Source of the DNA: Marsupella aquatica
Taxonomy: Eukaryota > Plantae > Marchantiophyta
Length of the DNA stretch: 64,000 nt
Reading direction: 5' to 3'
Assembly (NCBI GenBank): GCA_973895155.1
Contig: OZ316895.1
Coordinates: 17,439,437 to 17,503,436 of the forward strand
Shown here: piece after piece, positions 11,601-24,224 of the stretch
How the letters are laid out: every line of letters begins with the position of its first letter
Position numbering within the stretch: the stretch's first letter is position 1
Position numbers and translations under genes: made by a program
Notes under the pieces: generated by a model
The model's database searches: none
The model's input: only the letters and a program-made list of their open reading frames with translations
Told to the model about the DNA's origin: nothing

Positions 11601-13625
11601 CTGGCTAAAGGAAAAGGCAGTCGCTGATGTGGTGGAGGCTTTGATTGGAGCACACTTGGTGGACGGGGGCTCTGAGGCTGCTCTTGCTTTTATGGAATGG
11701 GTGGGCATCAGTGTATATTTTGACAAGAATCTGATCTCTGAAGCAAGTATTCGCTGTGCTGGTGACATCCGTTTTGTTCAAGAGAAAGATCTTAGTAAAC
11801 TGGAGAATATTTTGGGGTACTCATTTCAGAACAAAGCTCTTCTAGTTGAGGCCCTGACACACGGATCATTTCAAGTTCCTTCTCATTATTGCTACCAGGT
11901 ACTTAAAACTTTCGCATTGTACAAAATGTTCAGAAAGTGTGAATTTCCGCAATGACTGTTTTTAGCAAGAAAATGAGTGAATTTTCCTAGTTTGCGTCGT
12001 GCGTATGTTCATCTAGTACGGTGAATGTAGAGGTGTTCTCGCTTTGTACACCCTAGTGAGAATCATTTCTACCCATTTACTCGTTGCAAATGCACAAAGA
12101 GCCTGAATGCTTGCAGTGCATGATTGGCCTGGAAAAAATGTAGATACAAACATCACCATCTTTAGAGTCCCCTTGTTTTCGTGGATCGATGATTGCTTGT
12201 ACGAGTTCTGGAATGTTTGAGTGATCTGCAGTATGAAGTAAGTGAAGTTAACGTATAGAAGGGAAGGGACTTTCATGTTGGTAAAATGGTAGTCACGCGC
12301 ATCTAGCATTGATGTCCTTTAGTTTCTCCAATATTTTTGCTTTTGCTTTGAACTCATGGACGAGCTTTGGGGGTATATTTAATAAATGATTTATGTGACA
12401 GAGGCTGGAGTTTCTTGGCGATGCGGTACTGGACTACCTAATCACACGTCATTTTTATGAAAATTTGCCCCACTGCCCACCTGGCCTTCTCACGCACCTG
12501 AGAGCAGCAACAGTGAGAAATGAAATCTTTGCTAATGTTGCAATTCGGCGGGACTTGTACAAGTTTCTCCTTCATGAGTGCCCAAGTTTTACCGAGGCCT
12601 TTAAGGAGTTGGTGCTGTCTAGCGAAACTGCGGAGCCTGGCTACGGTTGGGGAAGTCAAAAGTCAGAAGTCGTCACAAGTCCAACGGCAAGTTTAGCCAA
12701 AATTTCCTGTACTTGGCCCTGGTCTAGTGTCTCCTTTTCCATGAAGGGAAGGTCATCTGAAATTACTCAGAACTAGAGTTGTGCTTTAGATTACGTTTGA
12801 TGTGTTTCTGCAAGGAACTAACGCAGATTAAAGGTCTGTATTGGCATGGTCATGTATTCTAGCATGCATATTCAAGTTGACTCGTATCATATTTTCATTC
12901 TCAAATTATCGTTGGTGAGCCTTGGCTAAGCTGTTGAATGGTTTTGTCATGAATTACTGGCAGGTTCTTGCTGATTTGGTGGAGTCCCTTGCTGGTGCAG
13001 TACTTGTTGACACAGCATTCGATACCAGAAAAGTATGGTCTGTCTTTGAGCCTTTGCTGCAACCCATTGAAACTCCAGCCAAACTCTCTCTAAACCCAGT
13101 AAGTAAACTGCTCGAACTTTGTAGCCAAAAAAATTGCGAACCTGAGTACACAGCCACATTGGAAGGTACCCAAATGCTTGTCAAGTACACAGTAAGTACA
13201 GGGAACCAGATAATTGTGTCACGGGCAACGAAGCCAGACAAGAAGAGCGCAGAGCGAGAAGCAGCTATTGAGATGCTGGAAAAGCTGAAGGTTTTTTGCT
13301 TATCATTATACTGTTCGTTTGCTAGTGAATGCTGTTTTCCACTTGCTGACTTGCTGTTACACTTTCAGATTTCTCATACAATTCATGAGTCAAACTATGT
13401 TGGAGATGTTTTACATGATTGCCATTCGACATCTTTAAGGCTGGGAGTGTTCGACCACTCCTATCCCATGGACTAAGTCAACGGAGCTTCGGAGCCTGGA
13501 CAGGAATCCTGCCAGACACAAAATTCTCAAGAAGCGATGCTAAGGCACAAGATGCAGCAGAATCCTTAGCTCGTTGTGTGTTCTTCATGGGTTCGCCCTT
13601 GCATTTGATATCACAGAGGGCGTAG
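8699..13625 (+). CDS. Dicer-like RNase III without helicase/DUF283 (platform-PAZ-RNaseIIIa-RNaseIIIb-dsRBD), about 845 aa; possibly damaged
   Basis: Exons approx. 8699-8968, 9393-9883, 9980-10083, 10455-10660, 10782-10991, 11440-11898, 12402-12686 (GC donor), 12964-13290, 13440-13625. RNaseIIIa LERLEFFGDAFLK + KAVADVVEALIGA; RNaseIIIb RLEFLGDAVLD + VLADLVESLAGA; dsRBD LNPVSKLLELC...KKSAEREAA. The N-terminus ELHSTLVPKAF and FVQMANGPV resemble the DCL4-type platform/PAZ. In-frame TAG at 9861. Confidence 0.85.
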
Positions 13626-14708
13626 TCATTTGTACTCCCTGTTTTCCTCAACCTACAGCTTAGGCTCACGACGTAGGCAAACCTGCGAGCAGGCACAACA
13701 TTACAAATTCACATCCTTGTAGTTTAGCTAGACAGTTATTTTGTAAAAATAATTACCGATGTGAATGCCAAATGGAACGTAATGTTTTCAGCCAGGTCAC
13801 TGTGAATTAACACACGGAGCAGAGAACAGAATCTGAATGAACGATCAACAAAAACGAAATCTGCTATTTCACAACCGTAATTCAGAATCTGAAAAGACTT
13901 TCCAAAAATATGGACTCTGATATTTCACACTCATAATGTTTTGGCTTTTGTTAACATGTTTTCCCTTCAACGATCCACTTTGTGTTTCTTGTCCATTGCC
14001 CCAAATACATCTCTGGACTTCAAAATTCAGCAACCCGCCCTTCAACAGTAGAAAGTCTCCATTCATGAGAATAGATGCCCAGCTACAAACTAAACAAGGT
14101 GAAAATGCGAGGAAACTTGATGGACTCTAAACCAACGATTAAATCATCAGGAAAACACTTACATCTTACGTGCAGCATTGACGATCATGTTAGTTTCAAC
14201 AACTGCTGAAACCAAGCCATATCAGACAGGATCCAGTAACAAACCATGAGATATGAGCCATGCTTGAAATGACTCGCAAAGCGAACTACAAACCAAAAAC
14301 TGTCACCAGTACCTGGGTGAATGTGGAGGTCCTTCAGGATAACCTGGACAAAGCTCATAGTTTGGCTTGGTCCATCTGTATTTGTCACATAGCTCGTATA
14401 GGTCTACTCTATGCCTCCCAACGTTCTCATCCGAGGAATTCGAAAGCACAGACGATCCTGCTCACCACAAAATCAACGTATATTTATCCAAGCTTTAGGT
14501 CGCGATGAGGTGTAAGTGACTAAGTCATTCGAAACTTTAGAGACTACTGCAATGCAACAGCTGTGCTCCGCAGATTATTCCTGAATCTAATTCTCCAGCG
14601 AGGACTAAGCATCCTGTGACGTGAAAAAATCCAGTACCCTCAGAAAAGAGTCCGATATCAAAATGGAATCACTCAGCCCCAGATCACAAGAAACTTGTGC
14701 ACGTTATT

Positions 14709-15635
14709 TCAAGAACAACCTGAAACACTACTTTCTGGCGATGAAGACGATATGGTGTACTTTCGATTCAGGGATCCATTCACAGCATCCAAATTTTGAG
14801 TTGCTCCTTTGAAAATTTCATCTTTCAAACTCCCCGTGGTCGTTGCTACACCAGCACCAACAGTGCCATGCTCGAGACCTGGATAACCGACCAGTGCATC
14901 AATAAGTAACTTCAATTCACCACTCAGATCCATAGAATCAACATTTCCTTCTCCGTAAACAGAAGGCTGGAAGTGGCTGGTGTCCAATGGTGTATTGCTT
15001 GTCGATGGGTCTTGTTGCCTGACAAATGAATCTTCAGGTGTGATGATCTCATCCGGGACGAATTCATAAATATCAGATTTACATGAAGGAGCTTCGTAGT
15101 CGGTGAAAATCTGAAATGATTTATGAACGTAAATCTTTTCGGTCAAATTTCTGAGATCTGTTGGGGCTCCTCCATATGACTCGTCAAGGTTCGGTACTTC
15201 ACGAGGAAGCGCCCCACGTTCTGCACCAACACGCTTGCGAATCTTAAAAGTTGTTAGACATTCCAGAGAACCACTAGAGGCACTGCGACTTATTTCAAAC
15301 AGCTCCAATCCAGCGATTGAGTTTGAAACCATGTGCATCTCTGCATTGTCCTGTTGATCACCACCGCTGCAGCTCTCAACAAGGTTCTCTTGCGAAATCT
15401 CTGGTAAAATCTCTTCTGAAATTTCGTGTGAAATGTCTCCTGAAATTTCTTGCTGGTCGATTTTCCTAGCCTCTGGAGATTTCAACTCATCTCCTGTTTG
15501 GCCCAGGTTACAAACATCAGTGACTTGACTAAGAGGCTCCATGCCGTCTTGAGCAATCAATCCTGCGTTCCGATGACGATATCGATGCTGCCAGCCCAGA
15601 TTCTGCAATTTGACAGGTTCCACAAGAGTAAACAA
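14709..15635 (-). CDS. Unidentified 308-aa Ser/Glu-rich ORF, probably one exon of a larger degenerate gene (about 13870-17270)
   Basis: Long ORF with protein-like composition. Nearby - strand exon-like pieces (14185-14350 VILKDLHIHPGTGDSFWFVVRF; 13869-14080) but no intact spliced model found. Confidence 0.45.
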   Translation of the reverse strand: MFTLVEPVKLQNLGWQHRYRHRNAGLIAQDGMEPLSQVTDVCNLGQTGDELKSPEARKIDQQEISGDISHEISEEILPEISQENLVESCSGGDQQDNAEMHMVSNSIAGLELFEISRSASSGSLECLTTFKIRKRVGAERGALPREVPNLDESYGGAPTDLRNLTEKIYVHKSFQIFTDYEAPSCKSDIYEFVPDEIITPEDSFVRQQDPSTSNTPLDTSHFQPSVYGEGNVDSMDLSGELKLLIDALVGYPGLEHGTVGAGVATTTGSLKDEIFKGATQNLDAVNGSLNRKYTISSSSPESSVSGCS

Positions 15636-17798
15636 CTACGAAATATTTCATCCTTTGAGAGAGGCCCGGGACAAATAGCCGGAGATATTCAAACATGCAA
15701 TCGCTTTTCCGTAAGGTTGCGACAATTTCTGAAACTTCATTGTGATGAAATGCAACTGGAAATTTTCCAAATGGTGAGGGAAAATAAAACCTTTCAACAA
15801 TAAATGACTGCCATTAAACTATATGAGACCTAATGATTGGGCTTCAGTATTTATGAAGTCAATACTGGTACCATTTCCCGTTAAAGGTATATACAGTACG
15901 AGGAAACCTAGAGAATGCTACAAGCACATTGGGCAGAAGCCCATGATTGGCCTAAAAAACAGTTCATACAGCAATATCAAGTGTTGACACCGAAGGGACG
16001 AATGTTCAGATCTTGAAAACAAATCCTTCAACACGACGTGGCCGAAACAAACTGATGAGAGCCTCCACTATCTCAATATTCTGCATGTTTGAAGGGGAAA
16101 AGAGGTGTTTCATGCTGTACAACTAAACAGGGCCTGCATACTTGCGTTTCAATATATCTATGGTCAACACAACATCTAAAGCTTGCTGTTGGCCAAAGAT
16201 GTGTTGCAGTGTAAGTGGTGCTTGCATCATGGGTAAGGAAATTAGTTTTCCTTACCGATGATGCAAGCACACTGTCCTTACGTGCCACATGGAAATTGTT
16301 GGAACGCCTCACCAAACTTTGACTGTTCTCGTATGTTACCCAACTTTTGATAAACACTACAGATCATAGGTTGCGCTACATCCCAAGAAAAGACGTTTCT
16401 AGAAAACCCTGTGATAAGCTCCAAGTCCCCTAAGACAATTGAATAAAAGGGACATAAAGTGGAGCGATCTCCCAGGGTTTAAAAATGCCATTCACGATTG
16501 AGTACGGGCAGATTATTTACGTGCTTGGACCTAGTTTCCAATTCATTCTCTCTACTCTCAGGAGGCACTGTTGTGTGGAGGATATGAGTAAACCCCATCG
16601 AGCAGACGAAATAGGTGATATAAACATCAATGGAAAGTACAGGGAATTAGAAGAAAAGCTGACCCCCCATCCCAAAATTCTGAACAGCAAATGTTTCAAA
16701 GTGACCAATCTCAGTCCAAAATGAGTTTAGTAGTACCATTTTTCAATTTTTGAAAGGGCAATATCTACAAAACCTTAAATAGACTTGAATGTAACCTATT
16801 GTATTAACAGATTAGACAGTGAGACCCAGGTCCTGCTCGCAGATAAAGTTGAATGACCAAAGTGGATGCCAATCAAGGCGAATTTCAGACTGGAGCATGT
16901 GATTACCACATGACGTCAGACAATTTTCGTAACCTGGGTAATGAATGAATTGGTTTCAGAGTACATAGCTCGGCAATGCTGCTGCCAAATATCATAAGTA
17001 TAGTAGTGTAACATTATCAAGGACTAGAATTCACAAGCAAGGTTCAAAGACGGCAAGACACGTGTCGATAGATGTAGATGCAACTGCCTAGTCTGGCTCA
17101 CTATAAAACCTTCATTTTGATGAAGTCGAGTAAATAATTCAGAAATTTTCTTGCTTCTGGATCCCTTGCCAGTCAAATCCACGACATTGTCACCTCTGTG
17201 TTTCTCTCTTAATGGGAAATCTGTGGGTCAAGTTGATCGAATTACTTGTGCTTGACATATGTGCAGCTGAATTCGTGCCGAAATTGTCCCGACTACTATG
17301 CAAGAAAGAGTATATGACCACTCATAAATCAGACGCTGTCTCTCCCGTTACTAACAATATCGCCTTATGGCAGTTCTATGAGTACTTCGTCTCCATTGGG
17401 ATCCATGCACTGTAAAGCTTTCCTTGATTTTGTCCGTCTACTTGGAAAGCTATGAATTTCACAACTCGATTCGAATACAATTCAAAACCGACCCAGGTCT
17501 ACCTCTTGGCAGACATTCAGGTCCCATGACACTGTTGTCAAACTTCATTTATTCTCTCTCAAAAGAACTCTATTCACATGATTAAGTCGTCATCCTGGCT
17601 TCTAATATTCACTGCCCATGCTCCGGAAGGGACCGACGAATGAATCATTCATCGTCTCTAACCGAAACATTTGGATATCATCGACGGCAATGCCACAACT
17701 TCACAAAGACATCAACTGAGATTGTTTCGTTCGTAGTTTGCAGTGATTGTTTGGAGCAAACCAGACTACCAAAGTGCGATGTAATCAACAACAAGCAG

Positions 17799-18716
17799 CT
17801 AAGAGTTTGTTGTGCTTCCCGAATGATTCAAAGGCACGTGAACATCTCGGTATTTGGAAACATACGGTTCATGAGCGCCCGAATAGGGCCCAGCCCACCG
17901 TCCCTCGTCAATGTCACCGGCGTTCCAGATAGAAGCATAGAGGTACATGGGCTTCACAGGCCAGGCCTCACCATCCTTCTTCTCAGCAGTCCTCACCAGT
18001 TTTCCATCGATGAGCCACTCGATCTTACCCGGCAACCATCTGATGGTGTAAGCATGGAATTCAGAAGATGAATCGAAACTCAGCTGATGAATCTCCTCTC
18101 GGTTTCCTGTGCCAATAGTGTAGTAGTTCGTCTGCACACTGCCCTTATCCTTCCCCAGAAACTCGAAATCGATCTCATCCTGTGACTTGTCCCCCTCCAT
18201 AGACGATAGGTAGAAGCTGGTATTGAGCCCACTGGTGTCTCCGTCGGGGGTCTTGATCCTCACACTGAATGTGCCAGACTCGAACTGGACGTTCGTCCGC
18301 CATCGCGCTCCTCCTCTGTTATAAAAAAATAAGGAGATCTCCCTCTCTTCAGGATCATGTGCTACGAGTTCATGGCCATAATCGATGGCAAACTCTGGTA
18401 AAGGTTTGGTTGATGAGAAAGCAGCATGAAATTGCTCCACACTAGTGGTGGTCATCGTAAAAGCAGCTGAAGCCGGTCGCCCAAGTCCAAACTGGGATGC
18501 TAAATCTCCCTCAGGTTGCACCAGCTCCTCCTCTCCAATACGCAACCCTTCCACATTTTGCCTGTGAATGGAATAGCCACCCACAGTCTCCCTAGAAGGT
18601 ACCACTCCTGGTGATGAGGACTCTACAGGCTGAGTTACTGTTGTGGAAGTGTGACATATGATGTGTGAGAAAATGACCAAGTGGATAGCAATGAGGAAAA
18701 TGGAACAGCTCCTCAT
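17799..18716 (-). CDS. EG16: GH16 endo-glucanase of the EG16 clade (XTH-related, no XET_C domain), intronless
   Basis: Catalytic DEIDFEFLG. EG16-typical RGGARWR, YLSSMEGDKSQ, QTNYYTIGTGNRE, KPMYLYASIW and DEGRWAGPY; the protein ends shortly after the core. Confidence 0.92.
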   Translation of the reverse strand: MRSCSIFLIAIHLVIFSHIICHTSTTVTQPVESSSPGVVPSRETVGGYSIHRQNVEGLRIGEEELVQPEGDLASQFGLGRPASAAFTMTTTSVEQFHAAFSSTKPLPEFAIDYGHELVAHDPEEREISLFFYNRGGARWRTNVQFESGTFSVRIKTPDGDTSGLNTSFYLSSMEGDKSQDEIDFEFLGKDKGSVQTNYYTIGTGNREEIHQLSFDSSSEFHAYTIRWLPGKIEWLIDGKLVRTAEKKDGEAWPVKPMYLYASIWNAGDIDEGRWAGPYSGAHEPYVSKYRDVHVPLNHSGSTTNS

Positions 18717-21495
18717 TGTGTGGAATGGGATGGGAAGAGTTCGCTGGTCGATTGCATTGTGTTGATGGAGCTGATGATCGAGCAGCGTGGATCATGTGTG
18801 GCGAGTTGGAGATCGAAACCAGCTTTTCCTACGGTCTTTCTAAGTGAACCCAAGTATTATGAAAACTTCTTATAAAACAATGCCAAAGAACATAAAGCCC
18901 TATATTGGGATATTTACAACTATAATAAAGGATCCCCTCTTTTTTAGTCCTTGAGCCCAATACAAAAAGTTCCTGGGTAGGAAAGATACACAGAAGTTGG
19001 ATTCATTTGGCTGTTTTCCCTGACCATTGACACCCTTGGCGCATATGTGCTTCCCCACGCCGCCCATAATGCACTGGCCCTACTCCTTATGGGCAGGCCC
19101 TCCTTGCGCCATGCAACAACGGGCATAGGCCTCGTAGTATATATATACAGTAAGTCCTGTTCAAAGGGCATTGCCCCTATGCATGGGATATAATGCCCCT
19201 AAAAAGAGGGCGGTAGCCTTGAGGGGCTATTAATTGCTCATAGTGCTCTGACTGGAAATACTTTTAATTTTCCCAACTTCGACAAAAGTAGAGAAGAATC
19301 CTTTTAAAGAGGTGATCCAGATCTTCACTAAGCATTTTGCTGCCTGAAACATACGAAGGGAAAAGTCATGAAAGGCATTAAGAATGGCAAGAAGAAAAAT
19401 AAAGGGAAGAAAACAAAGGAAAGGCTGGGAACACCACCAAGCCAAAAGCCCAAGAGTCCCCAACCAAATGATGGGAAAAGAATTAAAACTGTATTAAGCA
19501 AGAAACTGAGAACCTGGCAAGGTTTATAATCCGAGGAGGGTTTTTAAATAGTTTCCTGTAGGGTTTTAGCTTTTTAGCCATTGTTGGGACTCCTTTGCTT
19601 GTATGGATCTTTGGTCCTTGATCTTGGGGTTTTTCCTTTGTTGTCTCCCCTTTATTGGCTATCTGGCCTTTGGAATCATGTCTCCCCGTTTGGTGATTTC
19701 TTCTTTGGCGTGCTATGTATATTCCACATCTATTCAGTCACTCTCAAAGACGTGACACTGCTGGTTGATATTTTTGGCTACTACAGTGGATTTTCATATG
19801 CCTTTGCAATAGACAATTTAGATCCATGATTTTAGTAGATGACAAAGATATTGCACTTTCACTCCTCCCAATATGACACCATTGGGTATACTATTGGCTC
19901 ATTAAAACCCATGACAGTCACTGCAAACTCAACCCCAAAATGATAGGTTACGTGTTGCATCATGGATGGTTTGTCTAAATGGACTCTAATTAAAAATGTA
20001 TTATGGAGTGGAAGATTAGGGAGATCTCTCTCTCTCTTGGATTCATGATGACTCCTTTGTTATAAGTCACGCTTCATACAGAAGTGTAAATGTGCCATCC
20101 AAGCCCAAAAGTATGTTTTGCGAAGGCCCATCTAAATTGGAAATGTCCATAGGAGCATTCCTTTGAACTTGAAGGTCCATCCCAACTTCAACTTCAAAAA
20201 TCTGAATAACAAAATGAAAGTTGCCCATGTTTTCTTTCTTTCTTATTCCCAACGTTTCTGACATCTTTTGAATTTTTTTAATGACCTAAGTAAAGGACAC
20301 ATGTTGAAATTGAGGTTGAAACTCCCCAACTTTACAACCAAAATTTTTTCTCTCATTTTTTCTTCCTAGCATATCTCACACCTTCTTCTAATTCATTTAA
20401 AGTAAGAACACATAACAATAAAAAAATTCAATAAAAGGGGCAGCCCATCTTTTTAGAGGGGTGTGCGGGTTGTCTTGGGGAAGACAGTGGTTTTTTCTAA
20501 TGGCCTAAACTTGTCCCATCATAACAAATAGGGTGTTTAACATTGGTCATTTTTTCTTGATTCTGGCTGAAATTTATGTTTTCCTTCTTAAGAAGTACAG
20601 CACAAATATAAAACATTTGAGGCCAACCTTCACTAACAAATGTAGGAGGTTTGGACCATAATAGTCTTGCATTCATTTCTCACTTTTGGCTTAAAAAAAC
20701 CTTTTGGCTCAAAGTGAGTGGTAATTTGGACCAAACATGAAATGTTTCTGGATGTCTCTGAATCACATGATCTGACTGTGTAAGTAGCAATTACAGTCCT
20801 TGCTGCCTCTTAAACAAACTATTTAAATTATGATTATGCCAAGTGTAAAACTCTGTTTTTCCTCAACTACAATGTACGTGAGAGGCCCAACTGCACAGGT
20901 GTACAGTTCAGTCCAGCTTGTTGCTGTAAATACCTGCTGATATACACCGATGAATAGCATGTATTATTCATGCAAAGCTGCTGTCAAAAAACAGAAAAAT
21001 CTTCACCAGGACTTCCTTAACTTGAAAAGTTTGATGTAAAGCCTTGATAAATATATTGTAACCAGGACCAAAATAGTACACCAACAGAGTACACAAAGTA
21101 ATTTCAAAAGAACTAAGCTTGAAATCGATGCTTGTATGAGCCACCACATTTGACCTATCAAGGACTCTGATGGACCAAGCACTGTTGACACAAAAATGTG
21201 AAACATTCACACAAAGGAAAGGTGTCACGTGAGAAAACATTATGTTGCACTATGGTCCATGTGGGGGTGGTGGCCATCTGAGCATCTAACTATGAGAGCT
21301 TTTGGTTTTGGAGAATTAAGTGCTTGCTTTCACTCTTTAAAATTTAAGTTTAAGTCACGCATTGCAAGGAACATACGTTGTATTTCTACACACATTCATT
21401 GTCTTGGCAAAAACAGGGGCAAAATTTTCTTCAATCTCTGCATGTCATTTAGCAGCATGGTATGAATCAATGTGTTATAATCTTAACTTTGTGAA

Positions 21496-24224
21496 TTATT
21501 GTAAAGAACAAGCTAAGGGCCCCTTAGCACCTATGAGTGGTTTAATAGGGACTTTAGCTCCAGGAGGCAATGGCTGCCCGTCCCATGGGTCTTCCAACAC
21601 CTCAGCAACAAATCTACCAATTTTAAACAACCACAACCATTAATGCTTTGATTAGCTGATTTAAAAGATGGATTACTGCCCGATCCCATGTAAGAAATCT
21701 AGCATATTTTTTACAAGTTGAATAACCCATTGCTAGGCGTACAATGTGCTAACCTGTCTTTATTGAAACACAACATGGGTAAGAACTACCTTTACTTATC
21801 ATTCTACTCATATCCTAATTAGTATTGTGTCTTGACCACTGGAATAAAAAGGCAGCTGGCAACTCACAATTTCACAGGGTATATAGGGCTGTAGCTTTTT
21901 GTTTTCACTTTCTCCATCTTCTCAAGCACTTCAAACGATTTTTCATGCACTTGTCCAAAAACACTGTGCTTCCCATCCAGATGTGGGCTCTAAAACCACA
22001 AGCATAATGATTGGTGAGTGAGTTGCATTGATATCACTCCTGAAGTTGACATGCTCAAGGTGTGAAGGGATGTTCTGCTGAAAAACGGAAGAATTTAAGC
22101 CAGATGATATTACATCAAATTGATGGGGAAATGGAGCAAGCTTGACCGGCCTACTTTGTCCCCATCTTTTGTTCGGCAGAAATTTCCTTTCATTCCTTGT
22201 AATCAAAATAAATGTTTATGGCAGCTACAGCAAGGAACAAATGATATTCTAAATACCATGGAACAATGTGTTTCAATTACATATAAAGTGTGTGGTCTGG
22301 TGGCTAAGTGAGATGAGTTTGACACCCTCAATGTGGTGAATGGGTGTCTGGGTGGTACACACACATATGGGCTAAATAAAGTGTGACAATAATATATGTG
22401 GGGTGTGACTTGTGAGGGTTGATATAAAATATTGTAAGCAGCCTCAACATTTAGAAAGGAGAATTATGCACACTCTATATATTATATTCCTCACTTGAAC
22501 ATGGATCCAACAAAGGCATCCACATAATGTCATTGTAACCTACTCACTCCTTTGAATATGATAAAGAATTGGGAGGCATTTGTGTTCCGCCCAAAGTTAG
22601 CCATGGAGACAATGCCTTTCCTATCATGGCTCCGCTTTGCACTCATTTCATCAGGAAATCTTGAGCCATATATTGATTCTCCACCTCTCCCAGTACCTTG
22701 TATGCAAAATTTCAAATAACAAGACTTTCTTTAAGCTGATTTCTTTGTCCTTCAAACAACCTTTACTGCAAGTAGATAGCATTACATGAAGCGAGCCAGG
22801 CCTACCAATCAACAGGGCCTGACAAGCTTTCTGGATCTTGTACCATCTGGCCTGCTAGTTCCAAAATTAGTTTTAAATATTTATTGTAAGAATGTAATGA
22901 AAAGGGAATGTGACAAAACCTGAAAGATAATGTTGAGTCAAAAAATCCTTAATTTTTAGCTTTAGTCTCATGCTAGCTTGCATTCTAGGAGGTTCATTTA
23001 GTGCAAATTATCTGTTAGAACAAAACTGTAGACACAACAGTAAGTATACAGCCCGACACTCAGGATGCCACTGGTCTTAGTTTGTGGGCATGTTTCCTGA
23101 CCTGAAGGATCGCCACTTTGGCACATGAAGTCAGAAACTATTTTCTGCAAAGTCAAGAAATCCAATTTTATCACTGACCCCAAGATTTAAGTAAAGTGCA
23201 ATAAAAGGAGGGCAGGTCTAGAAGGAAAAGCAGAATTGAAGTTGAGATTAACAAAACTAATATTGTTGGGCTAACAAATAGATATCAATGTAAGCTTATG
23301 TGTCCTTCAACTGATGATGCCTCAAAGCAACAAATTTTCTGCTTGTCAATGGACATTACCTATTTTGTTACCTATATATTTAAAACTACAAATGTTCAAT
23401 GAGACACTGTGAAATTAGTGAAGAATGATAATGTCCGATTCAAGTCATGGTCTGAGCTTCCCCTTGACCAAATAAGATCAAAATTGCTAATGTTGTGAGT
23501 TCATAGATGAAGGTAGATTATAGCTGTTTCAGACATTATTAACCAAAGACATGAAATTATAGCTAATTCTAAGACCATGGTACAGCTGAATTTTGCTTAG
23601 CAGTCATGTGTTCACGTAACTGCAGATTTGACTATCATCGATTTGGAATTTCTATCAAACAAACTACAGCTCCAAAGACTTCTGAAGTCCTGACCTAATA
23701 CGAACAAAGATTACAAACACATTGGAGATGTCAATGATGACCAATTCTCAAAAGCTCTGAGACATGGTAGTACTAAATCATAACTATGTTGAGTCCAAAG
23801 GTGGATAATATATACATGGAAGGTGATGCCGTCATAGTAACCTGCCTTACACAACTCAATGAAATTTCTGCAGGTCCTGGCCATTTACAACAGATTATCG
23901 TCGTCAGCTCCTGTAGAGAGCCCTAATTGATATCCACCTCAACTCTGTACACTTGATAATTTCACAATCAATTATTTAGGTTATTTCCTCATACCTACAG
24001 TAGGTGTTCTTCTGTCATCTTAGCCATTGGTTATTGTTACATGACATACAAAAGTGCACGGCCACCCAACGCCAATTCCTCAATGTCTTTAAACATATAT
24101 AGATCTCCAATTCTATTGCATGAGTAATGTTGGAAACACGATGATAGAACGCCTACCTTGGAGCGTCTTTCCAGAAGAGTTCAATCTCAATATCTCCATG
24201 AGTACAAGATAGAGTCACTGACAT
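21496..24224 (-). CDS. Single-domain cyclophilin (PPIL1/PPIL3-like), 186 aa, C-terminal CaaX
   Basis: Six GT-AG exons: 24157-24224, 23816-23876, 23102-23144, 22548-22696, 21868-21989, 21496-21613 (561 nt, in frame). Motifs [50 protein letters not shown]. Confidence 0.9.

Noticed and set aside
8699-13625. Target site for the candidate miRNA in the Dicer mRNA
   Set aside because: No near-complementary site found by eye.
17799-18716. Classical XTH, or bacterial licheninase by horizontal transfer
   Set aside because: There is no XET_C extension and the motifs match the plant EG16 clade; lack of introns alone is not evidence of transfer.
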